From the NCBI RefSeq assembly GCF_003057965.1, contig NZ_CP020921.1, positions 1,662,916-1,726,915 of the forward strand: 64,000 nt of DNA, in the 5' to 3' direction. Below are positions 38,764 through 49,122 of this stretch, one piece after another. Position numbers and translations under genes: made by a program. Below the pieces are notes generated by a model. That model saw nothing but the letters and a program-made list of their open reading frames with translations. It was not told where the DNA came from and searched no databases. How positions within the stretch are numbered: position 1 is the first letter of the stretch; every line of letters starts with the position of its first letter. This stretch comes from Thermodesulfobium acidiphilum. GTDB taxonomy: Bacteria; Thermodesulfobiota; Thermodesulfobiia; Thermodesulfobiales; Thermodesulfobiaceae.

Positions 38764-39238
38764 AGTTTTGGGTGTAACAATTGATCCTACCAATAATCAA
38801 ACTGTTGTAATATTAAAAGAAATTGACTCAGACAGGGTTTTGCCAATTTGGGTAGGACCGTTTGAAGCCGGAGCAATTGCTATGGCGATAGAAGGGATAA
38901 AACCACCAAGACCCATAGCTTACGATCTTATGAGCGATATCTTACAAATATTTGATTTAAACGTAGTAAAGGTAATTATAGAATCTTTAAAAGATGGTGT
39001 CTTTTATGCTCAGATAGTAATTTCTCAAAATGACAGGGAAGAATATTTAGATTGTAGACCATCAGATTCTATTGCAATTGCAGTGAGACTGCTTGCCCCC
39101 ATATACGTCAAAAGAGACCTTTTTGAATCTTCATCAGTAAGCTTTATAAAGAAAGAAATAAATGACGAGGAGGAAGAAACAAAAAAATTTAAAGATTTCA
39201 TAAAAAATCTAAAACCTTCCGATTTCAAATGGCATTAA
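38738..39238 (+). CDS. Bifunctional nuclease family protein (DUF151)
   Basis: LPIWVGPFEA, PPRP, DCRPSDSIAIA. Confidence 0.92.
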   Translation: MATELVEVKVLGVTIDPTNNQTVVILKEIDSDRVLPIWVGPFEAGAIAMAIEGIKPPRPIAYDLMSDILQIFDLNVVKVIIESLKDGVFYAQIVISQNDREEYLDCRPSDSIAIAVRLLAPIYVKRDLFESSSVSFIKKEINDEEEETKKFKDFIKNLKPSDFKWH

Positions 39239-42200
39239 AATGCGTTAAATATGCCATTGTAAGTGCTGTTATATTATGTATATTATGTTTGATCCTTTTC
39301 TTGAACACTGATAATATAAAGAGGACTTTTATATATCCTACTATAAGTTCAAATTTACCAGAAGGAACAAACTTCCAATCAGCCGACATCGGTTTAAACA
39401 AAATTATAATTCATAACGTAAATATTAACGATGACTTTAAAGCAAAAAAGGTTTATATAAGTTTTTCTATTTCACTGATGCCTTTTAAAATAGTCCCAAC
39501 TGAAGTTAAAATATACGATGCTTCATTGAATGTAATATTTACTAAAGATAAAGGTTTTTCTTTACCTGAGGATGTTTTAAAAGCACTTACCCCAAAGGAG
39601 GGGACTCCACCTGCTAATTTTATATTAGATTTTTATAACTCTACATTGGTTATTAAAAACAGCTCGATAATACTTCCTATAAATGCAATTGGTTTTGTTG
39701 AAAATAATTCATTAAATCTTAAAACAGTTTCAAATTCAAATTATGGGGATATAAATTGTACAGTAAAAATTGATCCTGATAAAAAAGAATTCATATTCGA
39801 TGCTCACAACGTAGAAGCTAAAGAACTGTTACAGTTTATTAACCTTGATAAAAGAGTAACAATAAAATCGGGTAAAATTTCAGCAAAGGGTAGCTTTATA
39901 TTAGAAAAAGATATCCCATTGACAAACATCTACATCTCTTCAGAAAACTTAACAACAGAAGCAAACAATCATGTTTTTGCTGGTCCTATTAATCTATATA
40001 TCAACTATCCTAATTTAAATTTAAATTATTTTTCAAAGGAATCTGATTTTGGACCAATAAAAATAAGCCTCATATACAATTTAGAATCTGATGGCACTGC
40101 TCAAATATTTTTGCCTGAATACCCTTTAAAAGAGCTTGACTGTACTGTAAGCGCCTACTTATATACAAATAGCATTAACTCACCATATTTTTATGGTAGG
40201 TTTAATGCTAATAATATGTCATTTAATAATATTGAGTTAAAGGATGTAAGTGGTGAAATCAACACAGACGGATATTCTTCGCATGGCACACTGGAGGCCA
40301 CACTCTATGATTATCCAATATCCGGAGGATATGCCATTAGTGGCGACAAATTCGCATTTGTAGGTAATTATAGAAATATTAACTTTACCCTTCACAAAAT
40401 AAACAACCTGGCACAAGTCCAGGGCGATTTTTTATTCAATTATAGGCAGATTCCTTTTAACTCGATTATTAACTTATCAAAAAATCCTATAGACTTTTCA
40501 GGAACAATAGGATCGGGAAATCTTTCAGGAAGTATTGTAAAAAACACACTTTTATCAAAGGTAGAGTTAAATCTTAAAGACTTTCTTGACATAGAAAGCG
40601 GCCATGCAAAACTCAATATAAATTATTCTTCAAACACTGGTTTAAATTCAAAGGTTAACTTTGCAATGCTAACAAGATATGGGGCTTACTTGAAGGGAAT
40701 AGGATCTGTTTCAGCCAGAAATCTTAGCAACATGGAATTCGACTTTTCTTTATTTTCTGGCACAAATGAAGCCAATATAAAAGGCAATCAGAATAAATTT
40801 ATCGCAAGTGGTAAGGATATTTCTATTGACGCATTATATCAACTATCTCCTTTTACATTTGAAGAGGGAAGGTTAATTAAAAAACCAAATTTAAATTTTT
40901 TATACAACATTGGAACAATAAGAGGCTTTCCACGACCCCCCTCAAACAAAATCCTGTATCAGGTATATTCAATAGATTTAAACAATGGTACTACAATACT
41001 CTCGCCTGAATCATATCTCTCATTTTATCAAAGTATTATAAAAAGCATAAAACCCTATCAACCACCTGTTTATCTAAAAGGCACTACATCATTTGAGATA
41101 AGTTACGACAATGGAAATTGGAAGGGAGAAACAAGTATAAAAAATTTTTATTCAAATTTTTATTCATTTTCCAAAGCAAAAGTAAGATTTCATGGCAATA
41201 ACAATGAATTTTTTATTGACTATGCTGATATCTACAAGGACTCTGGAGAATTAAGTTTTTCAGGCTTTATAACTCCTGTTTTAAATATTAGTGGAAGAAC
41301 AAAGAATTATCCGATAGAATTTGAAGGTTTTAATTTACTAGCCGACTCTACATTTAATTTCTATCATTCAGAATCGTCAACTAAAGGTGCAATAAATCTT
41401 AATTCTAATAACATCTCTTACAACGGGAAAAGTGGCGGAAAACTATCTATGGATGTTTCTTTAAATTATCCTTTTCTAAAAGTAAACAATCTCTCACTTG
41501 AACACGATGGGCACACAGCAACTCTTAAAGGTACGCTCCCCATGAACAAAAAAGCACTCAAAAGTAATGAGACCACTGACTTAAAGCTTTCAATATCAAA
41601 TTCAAGCATTGCCTTGCTTTCCTTTTTGTTGCCAAAAAATATGTCTATAAAATCAAGTGAAGGAAGTATAGATCTTAAGGTATCTGGCAGTTTTGATTCA
41701 CCAACTCTTAGTGGGAACGCCAACATACCTAATATGACAATACTTGTAAACAATCAAGAGATTAAATTAAAAGATTTCAATGCAAAGCTTACTGGCGATG
41801 AAATAAATCTAGCAGGATATCTTATTGAAAACGGTGGCATTGCAAGTTTAGAGGGTCATATAAACGGCACATCAAAAAATCTTGATATAACTATTTTAGG
41901 GAAGAACTTTAATGCAAATTTTGGAAAAACTTATAATGGTTTAGCAGATTTTTATTTAAATCTAGGTGGAAGTATTTTTGACCCGGTCTTAAAAGGTAAT
42001 ATTAATTTAATAAAGGGCCATATGGGTTTTCCAAACAACAGTGCCTCTGTTTTACCAAATATTAAATTGAATCTTAACATAAATATTGGACGAGATGTTG
42101 ATCTTCGAAATGATTTTTATACCCTATATCCTTCTGGAAGTGTCAAAGTAGAAGGTACTTTAAACAACCCGATTATATTCGCAGATCTAAACATCAATTC

Positions 42201-42765
42201 AGGGAGAATTTCTGTTTTTGATCAACCATTCCAAATTACAAGAGGTAATATTAAATATACGCCTCTTGCTCACACTGTAAATATTTTGGCCCAAAGCAGC
42301 ATATCAGAATACAAGGTATATCTTACGGTAAGCGGACAATTAGAGAATCCAAAGCTTTCCTTCTCGTCAGTTCCAGAATTAAGCGAATCCCAGATAATAG
42401 CATTAATTGGTACCGGCAAAAACCCGGTTACTTATGCCTCAACTGTAGCAGCAATGTCGCCAATAACCGCCGTATCACAAGCTCAGGGAATATTATTTGA
42501 ACCTATAAAACAGGCATTAGGATTATCCCGATTATCCTTTGGGATGTCTGTTGATGGCAAACCAGAAATCACAGTTTCAAAATCCTGGAATAAAAAAATT
42601 TCAACCTCTGTTACCTACACGCTTGGGACAAAACCTCAGGCCACCTATCAAGCTGATCTACAACTCTCAAAAGCTACATCCCTTGTTATAAGGAATTCGA
42701 TAACAGACAACATATCGTTCAATAGAGGCACCTTTGTGGGTTTATATTACAGATTTAGATTTTAA
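39229..42765 (+). CDS. TamB/AsmA-like translocation and assembly protein
   Basis: N-terminal anchor, beta-rich body, GTLNNP, FSSVPELSESQIIALI, C-terminal YRFRF. Confidence 0.75.
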   Translation: MALKCVKYAIVSAVILCILCLILFLNTDNIKRTFIYPTISSNLPEGTNFQSADIGLNKIIIHNVNINDDFKAKKVYISFSISLMPFKIVPTEVKIYDASLNVIFTKDKGFSLPEDVLKALTPKEGTPPANFILDFYNSTLVIKNSSIILPINAIGFVENNSLNLKTVSNSNYGDINCTVKIDPDKKEFIFDAHNVEAKELLQFINLDKRVTIKSGKISAKGSFILEKDIPLTNIYISSENLTTEANNHVFAGPINLYINYPNLNLNYFSKESDFGPIKISLIYNLESDGTAQIFLPEYPLKELDCTVSAYLYTNSINSPYFYGRFNANNMSFNNIELKDVSGEINTDGYSSHGTLEATLYDYPISGGYAISGDKFAFVGNYRNINFTLHKINNLAQVQGDFLFNYRQIPFNSIINLSKNPIDFSGTIGSGNLSGSIVKNTLLSKVELNLKDFLDIESGHAKLNINYSSNTGLNSKVNFAMLTRYGAYLKGIGSVSARNLSNMEFDFSLFSGTNEANIKGNQNKFIASGKDISIDALYQLSPFTFEEGRLIKKPNLNFLYNIGTIRGFPRPPSNKILYQVYSIDLNNGTTILSPESYLSFYQSIIKSIKPYQPPVYLKGTTSFEISYDNGNWKGETSIKNFYSNFYSFSKAKVRFHGNNNEFFIDYADIYKDSGELSFSGFITPVLNISGRTKNYPIEFEGFNLLADSTFNFYHSESSTKGAINLNSNNISYNGKSGGKLSMDVSLNYPFLKVNNLSLEHDGHTATLKGTLPMNKKALKSNETTDLKLSISNSSIALLSFLLPKNMSIKSSEGSIDLKVSGSFDSPTLSGNANIPNMTILVNNQEIKLKDFNAKLTGDEINLAGYLIENGGIASLEGHINGTSKNLDITILGKNFNANFGKTYNGLADFYLNLGGSIFDPVLKGNINLIKGHMGFPNNSASVLPNIKLNLNINIGRDVDLRNDFYTLYPSGSVKVEGTLNNPIIFADLNINSGRISVFDQPFQITRGNIKYTPLAHTVNILAQSSISEYKVYLTVSGQLENPKLSFSSVPELSESQIIALIGTGKNPVTYASTVAAMSPITAVSQAQGILFEPIKQALGLSRLSFGMSVDGKPEITVSKSWNKKISTSVTYTLGTKPQATYQADLQLSKATSLVIRNSITDNISFNRGTFVGLYYRFRF

Positions 42766-42859
42766 AACTTTACAGAAACTTGAGATAATTTAATTTATCC
42801 CTTAAGCCCATAAATAACCTTCTAAAACCACGAAAGGTTAGATGATTAATATGAACTGA

Positions 42860-44554
42860 TTATAAATTCGAAGATTTTAATGTTTCAACAAGTAACTTTA
42901 ACCCCAATAAAAATACTAACACAAAGCCCAAAACTCCAGGCAAAGGATATCCAAATATTTTAAGGGTAGTTTGAAATTGAAAAAGCATTGATGAACCTAT
43001 CACTAAAGATGCAATTATAATAGCAAGGCTAAGACGGTTTCCTACTTTATCCATATGATTAATAAGACTTTCCAATCCCCTATGATCTAAGTTAATCGTA
43101 ATATTGTCATCTTTAAGCTTTAAAAAGATTTCTCTTAAGTTAGAAGGTAATTCCTTGAAAAGTGAGGCTGTATCTTCAAGGATGAAAGAAAATTCTTTAG
43201 AAATTCTGGAAAGATTAATATTTTTTAATATGAGATTTTTAATATGAGATTTTAGATACTCTATCATGTTAAACTCTGGATAAAGCACTCTACCAATTCC
43301 TTCATGAATTACTAAAGTTCTCAACATTAATACTAGATATGTAGGAAAACGAATTTTATACTTTCTAATTATGTCTAAAAATTCTTCAATCAACGTCCCT
43401 ACTTTAAGATCTTTCAAAGGAACTTCATAATATCGTTCTAAAAAATCAAACAAATCAATTCTAAAGTTTATTATATCTTTTGGTGCTGGGGCCATATTAA
43501 GGTTTAAGATAGCTTTTATTAACAAATCTACATCTTTATCTAAAATAGCTTTTAAAATATTGATAAGCCAATCTACAATAGTATCATCAAGAATACCCAC
43601 CATTCCAAAATCTACAAAAGCCATTACATTATTATTTAGAAGGAATATATTCCCAGGATGAGGATCCGCATGAAAAAAATGGCATTCAAAAATCTCTCTA
43701 AGGATAAAATGAGCGCCGTTAAGAGCAACGCATTTTTTGTCCACATTTAAATCGGGAAAGCTATCTATTTCAGAAAGTTTATAACCTTTTATGTATTCCA
43801 TTGTCAAAACCTTTGGTGCAGACAAATCCCAGTAAACTTTCGGAAAATAAATTGTTTGATCGTTTTTAAAACACTTCCTAAATCGCTCAATATTGCGTCC
43901 TTCTCTAATAAAATCTAATTCTTTACGAATTGTTTTAGCAAATTCATCGACAATTCTATCAGGTTCATAATAACCGATTTCTGGAAAGTGTTTTTTTAAT
44001 AAAAAAGCAAAGTCATATAAAATTTTGATATCTGCTTCAATAATCTTTTCTATCCCTGGTCTTTGAACTTTAACGGCCACTTCCTCTTTACTGTTAGTTA
44101 CGGCTTTGTGCACCTGGGCCAAAGAACCTGCAGCTATGGGTACTTCATCAAAAGAAGTGAACATTTCTTCAAGGGGCCTTTTAAACTGATTTTCTATGAC
44201 TTCTCTAACCTTTACAAAAGAAAATGGGGGAACATTATCTTGTAATTTGCTTAATTCCTCTATAAATTGATGAGGGAGAAGGTCCGGTCTACAGCTTAAT
44301 ATTTGACCAAATTTTATAAAAGTAGGCCCTAGTTCCTCTAAAGCTAGGCGCACTCTTTCTGGTGTAGAAAGACGCTCTATACCTGCTTTTTCCTTTTTGG
44401 CAGCTCCCTTTTGCCAGAAAATAAAAAGCTTAAATCTTAGACGTTCTTCAACTTTATCAAGAACATCCTCGAAGCCATAGCGAATTAAAATTGAAAATAT
44501 CGTTAAATATCGTTTTAGTTCCCTATAATTTCTTCCTATTTTTAGTAGTAACAC
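42860..44554 (-). CDS. UbiB/ABC1/AarF family kinase-like protein
   Basis: LGPTFIKFGQ, AAGSLAQVH, VAVKVQRP, FHADPHPGN, DFGMVG. Confidence 0.95.
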   Translation of the reverse strand: MLLLKIGRNYRELKRYLTIFSILIRYGFEDVLDKVEERLRFKLFIFWQKGAAKKEKAGIERLSTPERVRLALEELGPTFIKFGQILSCRPDLLPHQFIEELSKLQDNVPPFSFVKVREVIENQFKRPLEEMFTSFDEVPIAAGSLAQVHKAVTNSKEEVAVKVQRPGIEKIIEADIKILYDFAFLLKKHFPEIGYYEPDRIVDEFAKTIRKELDFIREGRNIERFRKCFKNDQTIYFPKVYWDLSAPKVLTMEYIKGYKLSEIDSFPDLNVDKKCVALNGAHFILREIFECHFFHADPHPGNIFLLNNNVMAFVDFGMVGILDDTIVDWLINILKAILDKDVDLLIKAILNLNMAPAPKDIINFRIDLFDFLERYYEVPLKDLKVGTLIEEFLDIIRKYKIRFPTYLVLMLRTLVIHEGIGRVLYPEFNMIEYLKSHIKNLILKNINLSRISKEFSFILEDTASLFKELPSNLREIFLKLKDDNITINLDHRGLESLINHMDKVGNRLSLAIIIASLVIGSSMLFQFQTTLKIFGYPLPGVLGFVLVFLLGLKLLVETLKSSNL

Positions 44555-44569
44555 AGATTAATAATTATT

Positions 44570-44860
44570 TTAAGAATTTTTCTTTTCTATTTCATCAAGT
44601 CTCTTTAAAATTTTATCCATATCATCTTTAGTAGGTAAACCCATTTCAGATATAGTTTTTTTAACTGTTTCAGATACTTTTTGTGTCAACTCTTTTTCTT
44701 GCTTATCTATATGTTTAAGAAGTTTATCCACTACCTTATACTTTTCTTCTTTTGCAATCTCACCTCTCTTAACCAATTCATCAACCAATTTCTCAGCTCT
44801 TTCTCTAGTAATATCCATCACACCAAGCCCCATCAACAAAGCTTTGTTAATTAAATCCAT
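44570..44860 (-). CDS. Phasin/PhaF-like small coiled-coil protein
   Basis: GLG..TRERAEKLVDELVKRGE, GLPTKDD. Confidence 0.8.
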   Translation of the reverse strand: MDLINKALLMGLGVMDITRERAEKLVDELVKRGEIAKEEKYKVVDKLLKHIDKQEKELTQKVSETVKKTISEMGLPTKDDMDKILKRLDEIEKKNS

Positions 44861-45049
44861 CCCTTTTACCTCCTTAAATAAAACTAGTAGAATTAACTAA
44901 AGTCACTTTAATTATCAATTTTACTACCAGTATATTAATTTTAAATAAGACCTATAATAGGTTTAAAAATATAAAATAAATAGTATGTTTCTATTACATT
45001 GTTTATTAATAAATCATATATTTGTGGCTACTTCATGTTAGAATATTAT

Positions 45050-45314
<265 letters not shown>

Positions 45315-45367
45315 CTAAATAATACTTAATACTTATTTTTAATTTTAATATTTCGAGAAAGGATGTT

Positions 45368-45760
45368 ATGCTAATAGCAGATGACTGGTGTTTTGCTTGT
45401 GGAAAAGCTAACCCACTAGGGCTTCGTCTTGAAATATCTCAAGACGAGGAAAGCGTGCTCACAACCTTTCAATTTCAAAAAAGCCATCAAGGATGGAATA
45501 ATATTGTACACGGTGGAATAATATCGACGATTTTAGATGAATTGAGCACCTGGGCAGCTGTTAGATTAGGATACAAGGTAGTAACAGCTCAGCTAACGGT
45601 AAAATTTAAAAAACCTATTTATATAGGTACCAATGTAATGGTGTCTGCTAGAGTGACTGAAGACAAGGGACGTCTAATTTATGCCCAATCTCAAATAGAA
45701 AGTATCGACAAAACCATATTATATGCTACTGGGTTGGCTACTTTATCAATTATAAGATGA
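45368..45760 (+). CDS. PaaI family hotdog thioesterase
   Basis: CFACGKANPLGL, HGGIISTILDE. Confidence 0.92.
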   Translation: MLIADDWCFACGKANPLGLRLEISQDEESVLTTFQFQKSHQGWNNIVHGGIISTILDELSTWAAVRLGYKVVTAQLTVKFKKPIYIGTNVMVSARVTEDKGRLIYAQSQIESIDKTILYATGLATLSIIR

Positions 45761-46203
45761 GCAGTTTTTCCCCTATAATAGAAAACAGAAAAGCACGATT
45801 TGAATACGAGATACTTGAAACTCTTGAAACTGGGATAGAGCTCAAGGGTACAGAAGTAAAGTCGCTTCGCCTTGGCAAAGCTTCTTTTTCTGGGTCGTAT
45901 TGTCAAGTTGAAAAGGGAGAGCTTTGGATATATGATTTTCACATATCCCCCTATGAACAGGGGAATATTTTTAATCTTGATCCTAAAAGAAAGAGGAAAC
46001 TTCTTGCGCACAGAGGTGAAATATTTAGGTTATATAATGCTGTAAAGCGTAAGGGACTTACATTAATACCACTAAAGCTATATTGGAAAAGAGGAATGGC
46101 AAAAGTTCAAGTTGGGCTTGCTAGGGGTAAAAAGTTATATGATAAAAGAGAGAGTATCAAAAAAAGAACAATGGAAAAGGAAAGTAGGAGAGGAGACTAC
46201 TAA
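45757..46203 (+). CDS. smpB: SsrA-binding protein
   Basis: NRKARFEY, GTEVKSLR, RKLL, GKKLYDKR. Confidence 0.97.
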   Translation: MSSFSPIIENRKARFEYEILETLETGIELKGTEVKSLRLGKASFSGSYCQVEKGELWIYDFHISPYEQGNIFNLDPKRKRKLLAHRGEIFRLYNAVKRKGLTLIPLKLYWKRGMAKVQVGLARGKKLYDKRESIKKRTMEKESRRGDY

Positions 46204-46221
46204 TTATGAAGAGGCCAAAAG

Positions 46222-47091
46222 ATGTTTAAAAGGCTTGGTTTGGCATTTGCTTTTCTTCTAGTATTAATTGTCGTTTTTTCTTTGGGATACATCTCAGCAA
46301 AACTCAAACCACCCGGAGTAAAAGTGGGTTACATCGAAATTAATGGGACAATAAACAATCAAACAAGTGAATCTGTATCATCAGCAATTAGAAAGGCCAA
46401 GCAAGATCCAAATATCAGGGGAATATTATTAAGGGTAAATAGCCCTGGCGGTTCGGTTGGCGCCAGCCAGGAAATATTTGAAACTCTAATGAATTACAAA
46501 GAAAGCACAGGAAGGCCTATCATTGTATCCATGGGAGATGTAGCTGCTTCTGGTGGTTATTACGTATCTATAGCTGGCGATAAAATTTTTGCCTTACCAT
46601 CTACTCTTACGGGTAGTATTGGGGTAATTTCCAACATATTAGACATTCACGATCTCATGAAAAAAATTGGAGTAAAAGAAGAAACGCTAAAAACAGGTGA
46701 ATACAAGGATACAGGCTCTATATTTAGATCTCTTACACCACAAGACAAAGAATATTTGATGGGGCTTATCGGAGACGCATATGGTCAATTTTTATACGAC
46801 GTTTCAACAAGACGCAATATACCAATTGATAAACTAAGAACCATTGCTGATGGCAGAGTATTTTCTGGAGCAAAAGCAAAGTCTCTTGGGTTAATAGATG
46901 AACTTGGTACGCTTAACGACACCATAGATTATATGAAAAATCTATTAGGAGCTAAAAAGATTACATTAGAAAAATTAAACAATAAAGGTATTTTAGAAGA
47001 ACTTATGGGCACTTCCTCAAAAACAGATATAGAACAAAAAAACTTTTTGATATATGCTCTATCTGTTTTAAAAAACAGTTTACTAAAATAA
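46222..47091 (+). CDS. sppA: Signal peptide peptidase SppA (36K type)
   Basis: VNSPGGS, AASGGYY, TGSIGV, ADGRVF. Confidence 0.95.
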   Translation: MFKRLGLAFAFLLVLIVVFSLGYISAKLKPPGVKVGYIEINGTINNQTSESVSSAIRKAKQDPNIRGILLRVNSPGGSVGASQEIFETLMNYKESTGRPIIVSMGDVAASGGYYVSIAGDKIFALPSTLTGSIGVISNILDIHDLMKKIGVKEETLKTGEYKDTGSIFRSLTPQDKEYLMGLIGDAYGQFLYDVSTRRNIPIDKLRTIADGRVFSGAKAKSLGLIDELGTLNDTIDYMKNLLGAKKITLEKLNNKGILEELMGTSSKTDIEQKNFLIYALSVLKNSLLK

Positions 47092-47113
47092 AAAAATTAA
47101 GTTCAGGAGGTTA

Positions 47114-47467
47114 TTGGTGTCTAAAATTGGCAATTCATCTGAAGTTAAAAGCGAAAAGATGGAAGTAGACGGTGCAAAGGGTGCAAGCATTAAATGGCTT
47201 ATAACGCCTAAAGACGGTGCACCTAATTTTTCAATGAGATTGATCATTATTGAACCAAATGGACAAAGCCCCGCTCATTCGCACGATTTTGAGCACGAGA
47301 TGTTTATATTAGAAGGAGAAGCAACTGTAGTCTCAGATAACTCAGAGACAAAAGTATCAGAGGGATCATTTATTTTTATAAAGCCAGGAGAATTTCATAC
47401 AGTTAAAAATACTGGAACAAAAGTTTGCAAGTTTCTGTGTATGATACCAAATTATTCCATAAAGTAA
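47114..47467 (+). CDS. Cupin domain protein
   Basis: HSHDFEHE, PGEFH. Confidence 0.9.
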   Translation: MVSKIGNSSEVKSEKMEVDGAKGASIKWLITPKDGAPNFSMRLIIIEPNGQSPAHSHDFEHEMFILEGEATVVSDNSETKVSEGSFIFIKPGEFHTVKNTGTKVCKFLCMIPNYSIK

Positions 47468-47477
47468 GGGTGAAATA

Positions 47478-47858
47478 ATGTTACCAAGATTAAAAAATTT
47501 AAACAAACTAGTTTTTGAAAGAAAAAATGGCATAAATAAAAAGGTTGTCTTTTCTCCAAACACAGATGGCAATCATTTTTTGTCATTACATCTATATGAG
47601 GGAGTACCAGGAGAAGAAATCAAACTCGATACAGAAGTAGGCGATGAAATAATTGTTGTAATTAATGGGAGTTTGAAAGTAAATATTAATGATATTGAAT
47701 ATCATATAAAAAAGGATATGTCTATTCTTTTACCATCAGGCAGAAGCTACCAACTTATAATCGAAGGAGGAGAACCACTAAAGGCTTTTGTAATAGGTTG
47801 TGAGCAATGTCTTCTCGCAAACGAACAAAAAAAAGAATACGAATTAATAAAAGGATAA
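47478..47858 (+). CDS. Degenerate cupin-like protein
   Basis: DEIIVVINGSL...LPSGRSY; metal-binding His absent. Confidence 0.6.
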   Translation: MLPRLKNLNKLVFERKNGINKKVVFSPNTDGNHFLSLHLYEGVPGEEIKLDTEVGDEIIVVINGSLKVNINDIEYHIKKDMSILLPSGRSYQLIIEGGEPLKAFVIGCEQCLLANEQKKEYELIKG

Positions 47859-47874
47859 GAATAGATAGAGAGAT

Positions 47875-48468
47875 ATGTTTACAGGTATTATAGAGGACGT
47901 TGGCCAAATAATTTCTTTTTCTCCACAGGGGTATGGATACAAAATAAAGATTTCTTTCAAAAAACAATTTGATGATTTAAAAATTTCTGATTCTATAGCA
48001 GTTGACGGTGTTTGCCTGACAGTAACAAAGATAAACGGTCAATCCTTTGAAGCTGATATCTCAAAAGAAACCGTTTCTGTTACTACTTTTAAGCATTTGA
48101 AAGCTGGGATGAAAGTAAACCTTGAAAGAGCAATGAAACATGACTCGAGATTCGGAGGGCATATTGTGCTGGGTCATGTAGATGGTGTAGGAAAAATTAC
48201 ATCTATCAAGAATGAAAAGTTGAATGCGATACTCACTATAGAATTTCCTCCTCCACTGAAAAAGTATATAGCCCACAAAGGTTCTATAGCTGTAAACGGA
48301 ATTAGTTTGACCATAGCTGCTGTAAAAGAAAATTCTTTTGATGTGGCACTCATACCTTTAACTATCAAGGAGACTTCTCTCTCAGATAAGAAGGTGGGCT
48401 CACCCGTCAATATTGAAGTTGACGTTATATCAAGATATATTGAAAACTTGTTAAAGTATAAGGATTAA
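47875..48468 (+). CDS. ribE: Riboflavin synthase (alpha chain)
   Basis: MFTGII, GVCLTV, VNLERA, GGHIVLGHVD. Confidence 0.96.
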   Translation: MFTGIIEDVGQIISFSPQGYGYKIKISFKKQFDDLKISDSIAVDGVCLTVTKINGQSFEADISKETVSVTTFKHLKAGMKVNLERAMKHDSRFGGHIVLGHVDGVGKITSIKNEKLNAILTIEFPPPLKKYIAHKGSIAVNGISLTIAAVKENSFDVALIPLTIKETSLSDKKVGSPVNIEVDVISRYIENLLKYKD

Positions 48469-49122
48469 TTGACAAAAGAAATTGATCTTATAAAAAGTTA
48501 TAGAATTTTATATGATTTTTTGGGTCCTCAAGGTTGGTGGCCAGCCGATACACCTTTGGAAGTTGCAGTTGGAGCTATTCTTACGCAAAATACCTCATGG
48601 CAAAATGTAGAAAAAGCTATCTTTAATTTAAAACAAAAAAAATTAATGAATCTAAACGCACTAGTTGAAATTAATCCAGACGAACTAGCAATGTTTATTA
48701 AACCTGCTGGATATTACAACATAAAATCCAAAAGATTAAAAAATTTTGTATCAAAAATATACAAAAATTTTAAAACAATCGAAGAAATTAAAAAATTAGA
48801 ACTCATTGAGGCAAGGAGATTTCTTCTGGGAATAAACGGGATTGGATATGAAACTGCTGACTCTATTCTTCTTTATGCTCTTGAATATCCAATATTTGTA
48901 ATTGACACGTACACTCTAAGATGGCTTGAAAGATTCAATATAAAGTTTTCTGGCAACAAAAGGGTTATTTACCACAAATCGCAGGATTTTTTTATGAAGA
49001 ACTTGCCCAATGAAACTAGGCTGTTCAAAGAATATCACGCTTTAATTGTGAAACTCGGAAAAGAATTTTGTAAGAAGAAACCAAACTGCAAAAAATGCCC
49101 CTTCTTCATCAAAGCTCAATAA
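48469..49122 (+). CDS. Endonuclease III-related HhH-GPD protein
   Basis: WWPAD, GAILTQNT, GIGYETADSILLY, CKKKPNCKKCP. Confidence 0.9.
   Translation: MTKEIDLIKSYRILYDFLGPQGWWPADTPLEVAVGAILTQNTSWQNVEKAIFNLKQKKLMNLNALVEINPDELAMFIKPAGYYNIKSKRLKNFVSKIYKNFKTIEEIKKLELIEARRFLLGINGIGYETADSILLYALEYPIFVIDTYTLRWLERFNIKFSGNKRVIYHKSQDFFMKNLPNETRLFKEYHALIVKLGKEFCKKKPNCKKCPFFIKAQ

Noticed and set aside
44885-44926. Imperfect palindrome upstream of the phasin-like gene (TAGTAGAATT..TAAAGT-C-ACTTTA..AATTTTACTA)
   Set aside because: AT-rich and interrupted; not distinguishable from background
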